A stretch of DNA of 64,000 nucleotides, taken from an uncultured Saprospiraceae bacterium. Lineage in GTDB: Bacteria > Bacteroidota > Bacteroidia > Chitinophagales > Saprospiraceae. Positions within the stretch are counted from its first letter, which is position 1; the number at the start of each line of letters is the position of its first letter. Where the stretch lies: positions 2,041 through 66,040 of the forward strand of contig CALIIW010000141.1 in NCBI GenBank assembly GCA_938018185.1, in the 5' to 3' direction. The translations under genes were made by a program, and so were the position numbers. Shown here piece after piece: positions 33,410-43,600 of the stretch. Below the pieces are notes generated by a model, which had not been told where the DNA came from, searched no databases, and saw only the letters and a program-made list of their open reading frames with translations.

Positions 33410-34531
33410 ATGAAAAAGATATTAGTAGATATAAATCAAGATATAAATCTTCTTGTAGATCAAATAAAAAGATTTGATGACGATGATTCTGTCAAGTCTA
33501 TACTTGTTTTATCTTGCGCACAAATAAAGCATTCAACAGATATACTAGATCCTTGTTTGAAATCTTTAAAGAAAGCTGTAGTTGGAGGGGTATTTCCAGA
33601 AGTTGTATTTGAAGGAAATAGATTTGACGACAAAGCAATCGTTGTTGGATTAACATTTGAAATGCTGTCTTTTAGCCTCAAAAATTTAGATCAAAAATCG
33701 GAAGAGGAGATTGAACAAATAATTGTAACTGAATTTGAAAGTTGTTCTGAGAATGGAAATGCTGTTTTCCTTTTTATGGATTGCTTGTGCCGAAATAAAC
33801 AACCAGTGTTTGATTCATTGTATAATATTCTAGGGACAGAAGTTAATTACATTGGAGCTGGTGCAGGATCATTAACCTTTGAAAATTTTCAGTGCTTATT
33901 TTCTAATGAAGGAATGCTTGAAAATGCTGTAGTTATTGGTTCTGGTACAACAAGATTGAATGTTGGTGTAGCTCACGGATGGGAATCTATCAGCAAGGCC
34001 TTCAAGGTGACGGAGTCAGATAATAACCAATTGAAGACACTTGATTGGAAGCCTGCGATGGAAGTATATCAAGAAGTGATAGAGGGGCACGCAAGAGAAA
34101 CTATGGATTTTGATAATTTTTTAAACTGTGTAAAATCTTACCCATTTGGGATCTCCAAGATGGATGATGAAATGATTGTAAGAGATCCATTCAAATCTGA
34201 AAACAAGAATGTTTTTGCATTGGATAATGTTGAACAAGGTAGCTTTGTTAAAATCTTGTATGGAAACATGGATTTATTATTAGAAGGTGCTACCAAGGCT
34301 CGTTCTCATGCTTTGAGTAAAACAGTTGATGATGCAGATACGGAAATTATGATCATTGATTGTATTTCTAGAGTTCTTTTTATGGGAGATGCTTTTGAAC
34401 AAGAATTGCAGATACTAGATCCAGATAAGAAGGCATTTGGTGCTTTAACTTTAGGGGAAATTGCCAATAATGGAGATTCCTATCTAGAAGTATTTAACAA
34501 AACTGCTGTAGTTGGAGCAATCAATGGATAG
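33410..34531 (+). CDS. FIST-domain sensor protein
   Basis: 373 aa, soluble. FIST_N-like: VGGVFPEVVFEG. FIST_C-like: YPFGISKMDDEMIVRDP...IIDCISRVLFMG...FGALTLGEIANNG. Its stop overlaps the histidine kinase ATG. Confidence 0.65.
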   Translation: MKKILVDINQDINLLVDQIKRFDDDDSVKSILVLSCAQIKHSTDILDPCLKSLKKAVVGGVFPEVVFEGNRFDDKAIVVGLTFEMLSFSLKNLDQKSEEEIEQIIVTEFESCSENGNAVFLFMDCLCRNKQPVFDSLYNILGTEVNYIGAGAGSLTFENFQCLFSNEGMLENAVVIGSGTTRLNVGVAHGWESISKAFKVTESDNNQLKTLDWKPAMEVYQEVIEGHARETMDFDNFLNCVKSYPFGISKMDDEMIVRDPFKSENKNVFALDNVEQGSFVKILYGNMDLLLEGATKARSHALSKTVDDADTEIMIIDCISRVLFMGDAFEQELQILDPDKKAFGALTLGEIANNGDSYLEVFNKTAVVGAING

Positions 34532-36530
34532 TCAGGATAAACAAATATTAAATGAAGTTTTATTGGAATTGACACTAGCCATTGGTAGTGAGTCAAATTA
34601 TAAAAAGCTTTTAAAAACTTGTTTGCCTCTGATTTTAAGGAGGTTAAATTGTATTGCCGCGGGGGTTTTTACACTTGAAGACAATAAAATTAATCCTTCA
34701 TTTTTTATCCCATATTCTTTTCCAAAATCTATAAATTTTCAAGATATAGTCCAGACTTTGGAATCAAGTGTAGATTCTTTTGGGAAGCAAGATTATCTCA
34801 AATGGTCTGATGGTATGAGTCACTCAATTGTCTTTAACAGCAAAAGAGGTATGCTATTCATGCTAAAAAGACGCATACGGTTTACTCAGGTCCAAATTAA
34901 TGATTTGATTCCTATTGTGAATTTCTTACATGTAGCTTTAGAGAATGCACTTGAAAGAGAGAAAAGATTAAAATTGCAAGCAACCTTAAAGAGATTGTCT
35001 ATGGTTGCAAGTCAGAGCTCAAATGGAGTTATTATTACTGATAAAGAAGGATATGTAGAATGGATAAATGATGGGTTTACAAGAGTGACTGGATATACAC
35101 TTAATGAAATTCAAGGTAAAAAACCTGGATCCTTTTTACAAGGTCCAAAGTCAGATCCAAAAGTTATTGAATTAATGCAAAAGCATCTTGCTAATGAAGA
35201 ACCATTTGAAGTTGAAATAATAAATTATACCAAATATAAAAAAGAGTATTGGATTCAAATTTCTTGTAATCCTTTGTATAATGAAAATAATGAATTGCAT
35301 GGATTCATGGCAATGGAATCTGATATTACCGAAAGGAAGATAGCTGAATCAAAAATTATTCAAGCCAAAAAGGATGCTGAGAATGCACAAGAAGCTGAGA
35401 AGCAATTTCTTGCAAACATGAGTCATGAGATTAGAACACCTTTAAATGCTGTGATTGGGATGACTTCTTTGTTGATTGATACTGATCCAACTGAAGAACA
35501 ACTTGATTATTTGAAGACCTTAAATACTTCTGCAAACTTTTTATTAAAACTAATATCTGATGTTCTTGATATCTCAAAGATTCAAGCTGGTAAAATTGAT
35601 TCAAGGATTAGCGTTTTTGATTTACATAATTTCTTTCACACCATTCATCAAACGTTTTTAAACAAAGTTGCAAATTCTAATATTAATGTAGTTTCAAACA
35701 TAAATTCTAATGTACCTAGATTAGTAAAAACTGACGAGGTGTTGTTAATGCAGATTCTAAATAATCTAATGAGCAATGCTGAAAAATTTACGGAAAAAGG
35801 AAAGATTGGATTTTACGTTTCAGTTGAAAATAGTAGCAGTCAAAAACAGATGTTATCAGTAGAAGTTTATGATACTGGTATGGGAATATCTGCTGATAGG
35901 TTAGATTTTATATTTAGGAAATTTACTCAATTAAAAGATAAAAATCGAGCCGACAAAAGAGGGACTGGTTTAGGTTTGGCAATTACTAAGGAATTGGTAG
36001 AGTTACTTGGAGGTGAAATAGCTGTTGAAAGTGAACTGAATAAAGGAACTAAATTTAAATTTAAAATACCAATTGAATCTGTTGCAGAGTCTGCTCATGT
36101 TAGACAAGGGACAAGTATTAGTGTAGCTAGTAATGTTTCCAAAACTAATTTTGAAAATTGTTTGATTCTTGTAGTTGAAGACAATCCTATCAATCAAAAA
36201 TATATAAAACGAGTTCTAGAAAAAAACAGTATCAACTTTGAGTTCGCGAATAATGGGAAAGAAGCAGTAGCTAAATGTAGAAGCAAAAAGTATGATTTAG
36301 TATTTATGGATATTCAGATGCCTATTATGGATGGCTTAGAAGCTTGCGCAATTCTTAGAAGCGAGGAGAACTTGAATCAACAAACCTGTATTATTGCTTT
36401 GACTGCTTCAGCTTTAAGAGAAGACAAACATATGGCCTTAGATGCTGGGATGAATGCTTTTCTAACTAAGCCTTTTACTCCAAAAAAATTGTTAGAGATT
36501 TTGAAAGAGAACCTTGCTCAAGGTTCTTGA
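34524..36530 (+). CDS. hybrid sensor histidine kinase / response regulator (PAS, HisKA, HATPase, REC), no TM segment
   Basis: PAS: NGVIITDKEGYVEWINDGFTRVTGYTLNEIQGKKPG. H-box: FLANMSHEIRTPLNAV. G-boxes: DTGMGIS and GTGLGLAITKELVELLGG. REC: ILVVEDNPINQ...DLVFMDIQMPIMDG. ATG at 34524 is preferred over the TTG at 34512. Confidence 0.85.
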   Translation: MDSQDKQILNEVLLELTLAIGSESNYKKLLKTCLPLILRRLNCIAAGVFTLEDNKINPSFFIPYSFPKSINFQDIVQTLESSVDSFGKQDYLKWSDGMSHSIVFNSKRGMLFMLKRRIRFTQVQINDLIPIVNFLHVALENALEREKRLKLQATLKRLSMVASQSSNGVIITDKEGYVEWINDGFTRVTGYTLNEIQGKKPGSFLQGPKSDPKVIELMQKHLANEEPFEVEIINYTKYKKEYWIQISCNPLYNENNELHGFMAMESDITERKIAESKIIQAKKDAENAQEAEKQFLANMSHEIRTPLNAVIGMTSLLIDTDPTEEQLDYLKTLNTSANFLLKLISDVLDISKIQAGKIDSRISVFDLHNFFHTIHQTFLNKVANSNINVVSNINSNVPRLVKTDEVLLMQILNNLMSNAEKFTEKGKIGFYVSVENSSSQKQMLSVEVYDTGMGISADRLDFIFRKFTQLKDKNRADKRGTGLGLAITKELVELLGGEIAVESELNKGTKFKFKIPIESVAESAHVRQGTSISVASNVSKTNFENCLILVVEDNPINQKYIKRVLEKNSINFEFANNGKEAVAKCRSKKYDLVFMDIQMPIMDGLEACAILRSEENLNQQTCIIALTASALREDKHMALDAGMNAFLTKPFTPKKLLEILKENLAQGS

Positions 36531-36599
36531 AAAAGGATAACTATAAATGATATTGAATCAAATGCAGTTTTCATTTTCTAACTAAGCTTCAAAAATACT

Positions 36600-38063
36600 T
36601 TATCTAAATTCTTTTATTACTCCTAGTTTGAGACCAAAGTAATGATGCTTTGTGCTCAAGAAATGTTCTTCAGCATTCATAGATTTAAAAGTACTTTGCC
36701 AATTAGGCCCTAATTCTAAACTTAAATTTTGGTTTAATCGATAACTTACTCCCGCAGAAGCTAAATAACTTAAACTTAATTTATCTTTAAATATAGAGCT
36801 ATTATCTTTGTTAAATGCGCTGACCTCAAAAGCCTCTGCATCACTAAATACTTGCCCTTTATTTTGGGATCTTAGATTGAAAGCGACACCTGCATCTATA
36901 TAAAAGACCCATTTGTTTTTACTAAATTCTTTTCCAATCAAAATTGGAAGATTTATAGTTTCATACTTGTTGTATATCTTTTTGATATTTGTTTCTTTAA
37001 TATAAGTAGGCTGAACAGAACTGTTTAAGCTGTCAAGTCTAACTCCAAGATCAATGGCTGCGTCAAAACGTTCCGTTAACTTTGCGTATTCTATTCCAGT
37101 AGAAATACGAAAACCAGCCTTGAGTTTTTTTCTTAGAAATAGTCCAGTTCGATAGGATTCAACAAATGATTCAGAAGCATTTCTTACTTCTGCATAATTT
37201 AATTCTAGGCTTGTGTTTATAGAATCTAATTGTTCAATTGATCTACTTGCATATTCATAGCTATAATAAGCACCTAGTCCAAACTTTGGAATGGAATTGT
37301 TTTTTGTAGATATTTTCTTTGTCCAATCATCTTTGGAAACTGGTTCTTCAATACTATATGCTAAAAGTGCAAATTTTAATTCTTCGAGTTTTATCAGATC
37401 ATTAGTGTCATTAGTGTTACTAGTTGAGATTTGTTTCTGCTTTTGAGGATTTGCCTTGATTTGCGTATTTTTATCTTCACTGTACTCAATTTCAACTATT
37501 GATTCATTTGAACTTTTAGGTTTCGATATTTCTATTTTGTTGCTTTGATTTTTGAAGGGGGTATCTTTACTTTTTAATAAAATTGTGGAAGAAATATTAT
37601 TTTGATTTAAAACCACCTTTTGGTTATTGATTTTTGCTGTCTGTTTCTTAATCTGATTATTAGCTGCTTCTATCCTGTCAATTTCATTAGTTTTAGTTGA
37701 GATTTTTTCTGAATTAATTTTGTCTTCTACTATTTCGTTAGTCTCACGGAGTCTGTCGTTTTCAAAGCTTGTATCTTTTAACTCTTTTACAGAATTTATA
37801 TTCTTTTGCTTCTTTTCTTTGTTGATAATAGTTGTTGTTTCTGCTGTTGAAGGATTAGTTTTTTTGGCCAAATAATTGTCTTGACTATTTATATAAATGA
37901 TCCCAACTGTTAACAAAAGTGCAAGGCTTCCGAAAATCCACCATAGTGGAAATCGTTTTTTGTCTTTCTTGTGCATGTCATTCCACAATGCATCAGCATC
38001 AATAGGCGAAACATAGCCGTCCAGCTTTTCTTTAAATTGATCTTCTAATTTGTGGTCCGACAT
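36600..38063 (-). CDS. anti-sigma-like membrane protein fused to a C-terminal outer-membrane beta-barrel domain
   Basis: 487 aa. A 38-aa N-terminal tail, one TM helix (FPLWWIFGSLALLLTVGIIYI), a low-complexity N/K/S/T/Q/E-rich linker of about 175 aa, then alternating beta-strand patterns to the C-terminus (GLKLGVIKEFR). Its start overlaps the ECF sigma gene by 19 nt. Confidence 0.5.
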   Translation of the reverse strand: MSDHKLEDQFKEKLDGYVSPIDADALWNDMHKKDKKRFPLWWIFGSLALLLTVGIIYINSQDNYLAKKTNPSTAETTTIINKEKKQKNINSVKELKDTSFENDRLRETNEIVEDKINSEKISTKTNEIDRIEAANNQIKKQTAKINNQKVVLNQNNISSTILLKSKDTPFKNQSNKIEISKPKSSNESIVEIEYSEDKNTQIKANPQKQKQISTSNTNDTNDLIKLEELKFALLAYSIEEPVSKDDWTKKISTKNNSIPKFGLGAYYSYEYASRSIEQLDSINTSLELNYAEVRNASESFVESYRTGLFLRKKLKAGFRISTGIEYAKLTERFDAAIDLGVRLDSLNSSVQPTYIKETNIKKIYNKYETINLPILIGKEFSKNKWVFYIDAGVAFNLRSQNKGQVFSDAEAFEVSAFNKDNSSIFKDKLSLSYLASAGVSYRLNQNLSLELGPNWQSTFKSMNAEEHFLSTKHHYFGLKLGVIKEFR

Positions 38064-38599
38064 TTTTCTCTCTTTTCATTTTCTAAAATATTTTCTTTCA
38101 ATATCGATTTTGCTCTTGATAAGTTTGATCTAGAAGTAGATTCACTAATTCCGATTTTATCACCTATTTCTTTGTGGCTATATCCATCTATAACGTATAA
38201 GTTGAATACAGTTCTATATTGCGTCGGTAATTTTGCCACTAGAGAAATAATTTCTTCGGCAGATAAATTATCAACTGCGGACACATCCTTGCTGTTTTTT
38301 GTCACTACCTCTTCATTGATTTCTATTGGATAAATTTTTTGAGACTTATTATGTTGCAAGGCAACATTAATAGTGACCCTCTTTATCCAAGCATCTAAAA
38401 TTCCTTTTGAAACATCATACTTGTCAAAGTTCTTAAAGATCATCATAAAGGCATCTTGCAAGACATCTCTAGCATCCATCTGTCGGTAACAATATCTTCG
38501 ACAGATAGTAAATAAAAGACCAGAGTATTTCTGCACCAAAGCTTTTTGTGCCTCTGGTCTTTTATTTTGACAACCTAATATGATTTGATTTAAATCCAA
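38045..38599 (-). CDS. ECF-type RNA polymerase sigma-70 factor
   Basis: 184 aa. Region 2: DVLQDAFMMIFKNFDKYD...AWIKRVTIN. Region 4: VFNLYVIDGYSHKEIGDKIGISESTSRSNLSRAK. Confidence 0.85.
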   Translation of the reverse strand: MDLNQIILGCQNKRPEAQKALVQKYSGLLFTICRRYCYRQMDARDVLQDAFMMIFKNFDKYDVSKGILDAWIKRVTINVALQHNKSQKIYPIEINEEVVTKNSKDVSAVDNLSAEEIISLVAKLPTQYRTVFNLYVIDGYSHKEIGDKIGISESTSRSNLSRAKSILKENILENEKREKCRTTN

Positions 38600-38626
38600 T
38601 TATATTAATTATTCTTTTAACTTTTT

Positions 38627-40399
38627 TTAATTATGTGCAGCTTTGAAATCACCTGAAACTTGAATTTCTTTATAATTATTCGGCTCATCATATAGGATAC
38701 CCGTAAATGTGCCGGTTACAAAATCTCCTTTTGGTCCAACATGTGTCAGCTCAACTTCAAAGTTCTCACAAGAATATGTACCTATTGCATTACCGCAAAT
38801 TAATTGATATAAATATTCATCTGTTCCGGCCTTAAGAATTTGGAAGATAATTTGGTTGGGGTTTTGTTTTCCTTCTATAAATGTATCTTCGATTGGAAGA
38901 CTTGCAAAGAATGATAAACTATCGATTTCTAAGGAATCATTCTCTATGGTATAAACTATTTCTCCATTGGCAATTAAATTTTCTTTATAGTAAGTTTCAT
39001 CACCAATATTTATATTAACATAGGTTATATTTTCTTCACAAACAGTTAATGTTCCAAGAGCTAAATCATCTGATAAGCCATCCGAAAATTCAATCAAATT
39101 AGATTTTGTTTGGTTTTCAAAATCATAGGCTATCAAATTAAAGTTGTCTAAACATTTTGGAACTCTATAATTGAAATTGCCATTTTCATCTGTATAAATG
39201 ACAGTAGACCTATTTCCATAAGTTAATAGCACATAGATGTTGTCAAGTGGCAAGAGATTACAATCCACAAATGTTGCTGATAATTCTGAAGTGTAACTTG
39301 CTTCTTCATCTAAGACGATATCTGGTAAACTCGTATTTTCTGTTAGAGGGTCAATATTTACGGATAGATCAAAGTCCAAGCATTCGTAAAAGCTTGCTAT
39401 GGTTAAAGTCAAGGCTTCCTCTTTAGGTACTTTTCCACAAATAAATCCTTCGCTGTTTGTAGTTGCCCAGGAACATAAACCACTTCCAACAATCTTAACA
39501 AAAACAATAGCACCTACTACTGGCTCGCCATCTGGATCAACTACTGTCACATCCATTTTGACAACTGGAAATGGTGCATCGCAGTTCCACCATGAAAAAT
39601 GCGAAACAGATCCTTCATAAACACCGTTGATTAATTCAGCTTCACCTTCTTCAATCCATTTTCCTTGTTCGATATCATAATGCCAAAGAGGAATGGTAGA
39701 TGGTGCTCCACCAAGTAAGGAATCGTCTATTGGGAATTTTATTTTAGCTTTTACATTCTCACCTAAACTTACTTTATCATTAAAGGTAGTTGTCATTTCT
39801 AATGCAATCATGCTATAACTTGCTAATTGTACCGTTTCGTTATTCGAATTGATTGCTGATAAGTCTCCAGGAATGGCAGTAATGTCTTGTATATTTTCAG
39901 GGTTGAGTCTTTTTGCATAAATATTGACATTGTTAGTTCCAAAGTTACTCACATCCGCACCAAATGGGTATGGAGGAAATTCTACTATGGCTCCATCAAA
40001 TTCTACGACTCCCCCAGTTGTTGGATTAACACTACCAACCAATGTTCTTTCTTTCAGTTGAATGGTGATTTCATTTCTTCCATTAGGAGTAGGAGATAAA
40101 ATTCTGGAAACAGAAAAGCGATCAAATCTATTCGCAATTAATACATTGCCATCAGAAGCAAGGTCAATGTCTTTAAAGGAAAAGAAACCATTTTCATCAC
40201 TTACTGCTGCTTTTGAAGCTACTACTAAATTGGTGTTAGCAAGGCCTTCACCGTTTTCATTTACTATGCGTCCAACTACATCTATGACTTCATTTGGGAG
40301 TGTCTCAGGTACAATGTAATCTTCATCTTTCCGACAAGAATTAAGTACTAAGGCAAAGCCTAACATTGTAAATAGTAATATATATTTGAAATTATGCAT
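38627..40399 (-). CDS. hypothetical lipoprotein with N-terminal carboxypeptidase-regulatory-like domain
   Basis: 590 aa. Lipobox LNSC followed by CRKDED. VVGRIVNENGEGLANTNLVV...SDENGFFSFKDI matches the CarboxypepD_reg pattern, with a second similar unit near VTVVDPDGEPVVGAIVFV. 27 nt upstream of the sigma gene. Confidence 0.5.
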   Translation of the reverse strand: MHNFKYILLFTMLGFALVLNSCRKDEDYIVPETLPNEVIDVVGRIVNENGEGLANTNLVVASKAAVSDENGFFSFKDIDLASDGNVLIANRFDRFSVSRILSPTPNGRNEITIQLKERTLVGSVNPTTGGVVEFDGAIVEFPPYPFGADVSNFGTNNVNIYAKRLNPENIQDITAIPGDLSAINSNNETVQLASYSMIALEMTTTFNDKVSLGENVKAKIKFPIDDSLLGGAPSTIPLWHYDIEQGKWIEEGEAELINGVYEGSVSHFSWWNCDAPFPVVKMDVTVVDPDGEPVVGAIVFVKIVGSGLCSWATTNSEGFICGKVPKEEALTLTIASFYECLDFDLSVNIDPLTENTSLPDIVLDEEASYTSELSATFVDCNLLPLDNIYVLLTYGNRSTVIYTDENGNFNYRVPKCLDNFNLIAYDFENQTKSNLIEFSDGLSDDLALGTLTVCEENITYVNINIGDETYYKENLIANGEIVYTIENDSLEIDSLSFFASLPIEDTFIEGKQNPNQIIFQILKAGTDEYLYQLICGNAIGTYSCENFEVELTHVGPKGDFVTGTFTGILYDEPNNYKEIQVSGDFKAAHN

Positions 40400-40620
40400 T
40401 TTATCTTCTTTTACTGCACCAAATTCTTCGAATTAAAACCACATATTTTAATTTAGGTTATTTTCATGGAAAATGATGCGTGATTTTTAAAATTTTGTTT
40501 CTTTTCAGCTGCTGATATGCTCTATATTGCTATTAGTCTAAATGTGCTGCGTCCATTGTAAAATAAATTCATTTATATGCCTTTAATGTCGATTTTACTA
40601 GCATAAAAGCAAAAAAGGAT

Positions 40621-40628
40621 TATTTTTG
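40621..40628 (+). promoter_or_regulatory. candidate -7 promoter box TATTTTTG (TAnnTTTG) for the SusC/SusD operon
   Basis: Consensus match 33 nt before the ATG at 40662. Confidence 0.3.
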
Positions 40629-40661
40629 GATTTAAGTACATCGGCTTTTATACATTATTAT

Positions 40662-43600
40662 ATGAGGATATTCACTATTAGAAATTTATTGTTGATTTCT
40701 TTACTATTTGGGCTTCAAAACTGGCTTTATTCCCAAAGTATATCCGGAAAAGTTCTAGATGAAAATCAAGAACCTCTTATTGGAGTTAATATCGTTGATC
40801 AAACCAACCTGGAGATCGGTACCATAACTGATATAGATGGCAGTTTTTCTTTAAACAATTTGTCACCTGCTAGTACCTTACTTGTCTCTTATATTGGATA
40901 TAAAGATCAACTCGTAAAAGTAGGTGATGAAACTAATTTTACAATTATTCTTCTTTCGGATTCTGAGATTTTGGATGAAGTTGTTGTCACGGCATTAAAC
41001 ATTAAAAGGCAAAAAAGAGAACTTGGATATTCTACGGAGACTTTCTCTGGCGAAGAATTAGAAAAATCCTCAGCTCCAAATGTAATTAGTGCCTTAAGTG
41101 GTAAAGCTGCTGGGGTTCAGGTTTCAAATGGTAACGGTGTTGATGGTGGGACTACGAGAATTACCATAAGGGGAAATAATAACATCACAGGCAACAACCA
41201 ACCACTTATCATTGTCGACGGCGTCCCATTAGAAAATACACCAGGCTTGGAATCTATTGGTCGAGGACAGGACTGGGGCTCAGCCATTAATAATATTAAT
41301 CCTGCAGATATTGCAACTTATAACATTTTAAAAGGACCAACAGCTGCAGCCAAATATGGGGCAAGAGGATCTAATGGTGTAATTATTATTACAACGAAAA
41401 GAGGAAAGATTCAAAAAGGTTTAGGTGTCAATTATTCTGTAAACTATAGAACGGTCGAACCTTACTATTACAGAGATGTACAAAACAAATATGGTGCAGG
41501 CGGGCCTTTGAGTTTATCTCAACCTAAATTGCCAGTCAATGATGAAGGTGTAGAAAAATATCCATCAGCAATAAATACGGACAATGGCCCTGGAGGACAA
41601 TCAACTTCAGCCTCTTTTGGATTTTATGGCTCAGGTGTTTCTTGGGGGCCTGAAATGAATGGTCAAATGATTGAATGGTGGGATGGTGAGATGAGAGCTT
41701 TTTCTCCACAAGAGGATAATGTCGGCTTGTATTTTGGGAATGGAAATTCCACCACCCATAATTTATCATTTTCTGGAGGTAATGATATGGGGACAATAAG
41801 AGTTTCTCTAAGTAGATTAGACAATGAAGCAATAATTCCAAATTCAAATTTTAATCAATCTACGGTCAACTTAGGAGCTAATTTGAGAATATCCCCTAAG
41901 TTGAATGCTGACTTGTCCATGTCTTACATAAATTACCATAGATTAAATACACCTACTTTAGGAGATGAAAATAATTCTTTTGGAAAAGGAATAATTTATA
42001 GTTATCCAAGATCTTACAAAGGAATTGAAGCCGATCTTTTTGAACGAGAAGATGGCACTAGAAATAATTGGGGAGGATCATATCCATTCCAATACATTGG
42101 CTCTGACCTTTGGTGGAATACTTATCACAATAATAAAACATTGGATAGAAATAAAATGATTGGGGCTTTGACATTAACTTATGATGTTAATCCTTGGTTG
42201 AATGTGATGGGAAGACTTGGTACAGATCTTACCTTTCAAGAATTTGAAACCAAAAATGATCCAATTGATTTTCTAGGAATAGAAGGTGGAAAGTATGAAA
42301 AGGAAGTGAATAGAGATATCGTCAGAAATAATGAATTTTTGATCACTGCTTTTAAAGACAAGCTATTTTCTTCTCCGGTTGGAGCGAGTATTTCATTTGG
42401 GGGAACACAATGGTATAGGTCACAATACGGATTGAAAATAGGAACAGGAGAATGGGTCAATCCTTGGCTGTTTAGTTTAAATAATTATGAAGATGCCAAT
42501 TCCTTGCCAGCATTAAATGATCCAAATAATTTGCCTGAGGTTCGATACGATAAAAAAATAAATTCCCTTTTTGGATTTGTAAATTTGAATTATAGCAATT
42601 TCGTTTTTTTAGAATTGGGTGGAAGAAATGATTGGAGCTCCGCATTGCCAATAAATAGCAATGATTATTTTTATCCTTCTGCTTCTTTGAGTTTCATATT
42701 GTCTGAGGCTTTAGATTTAAAACAAGCTTGGATCAATTTTCTTAAGCTTAGATCAGCCTATGCGCAAACGGCCTCTGATACAGATCCATTCTTAGTAGAT
42801 TTTGTTTATGAAACTTCTTCATTTGGAGGAGATCAAACCGCATCACTTCCAAATGTGGTACCGCCTATCGGTTTGAAACCGCAAAAGGCGAATTCCTATG
42901 AATTTGGTTTGTCTGCTGGTCTTTTTAATTCGAAGGTCAACCTGGATTTTACTTACTACTACATCAGTTCATTTGATCAAATATTAGATTCTCCTTTACC
43001 ATACTCTTCTGGCGCTAATCAGATAAGAATCAATACGGGCGAATTGGAGAATAAAGGATTTGAAGCTTTGTTGAATATTAAAATAATTCAAAAGCAAGAT
43101 TTCTATTTAGAGAGTAGTTTGAATTTTGCTAGAAATAGGAATAAGGTAATAAGCCTTGGAGATGGTGCAAAGATTTTAGAGTTGGACAATATATGGGGTT
43201 TGAACGGACCTGCGATTGCGGTCCAAGAGGGCCAAGATTTTGGAACCATCATTGGTTACGATCACATATATCATGAAAATGGAGAACCAATTTTGAATGA
43301 GGCTGGGACCCATTATGAATTTACGGAAAACAGAGTGCCAATAGGAAATGCTTCTCCGGATTTCACCGGAGGATGGACTTTACGCTTAGGATATAAAGGA
43401 TTTGAATTGAACACACTTGTTGATACAAAATGGGGAGGAGAGATTTATGCAGGTTCTTATGTAATTGGTTTGCAAACGGGGCAATCTCCTGAAACTTTAG
43501 TCGAAAGAGACGGCAATGGTTTGCCTTACACTGATCCAGATGGAATTACACGAAACGTTGGTGTTGTATTGGATGGGGTCTATGCAAATGGCCAAGAAAA

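Noticed and set aside
36531-36599. Possible terminator between the convergent histidine kinase and anti-sigma-like genes
   Set aside because: Only weak 5-bp inverted repeats (AATGA/TCATT) are present, with no flanking T-run. This is not enough to call.
40626-40661. Upstream alternative starts for SusC (TTG 40626), SusD (43877), the PNGase F-like gene (45517), the small secreted protein (12270) and the histidine kinase (34512)
   Set aside because: In each case an internal ATG gives a proper signal peptide or lipobox, or a standard overlap with the preceding stop. The upstream extension overlaps the previous gene or a promoter box.
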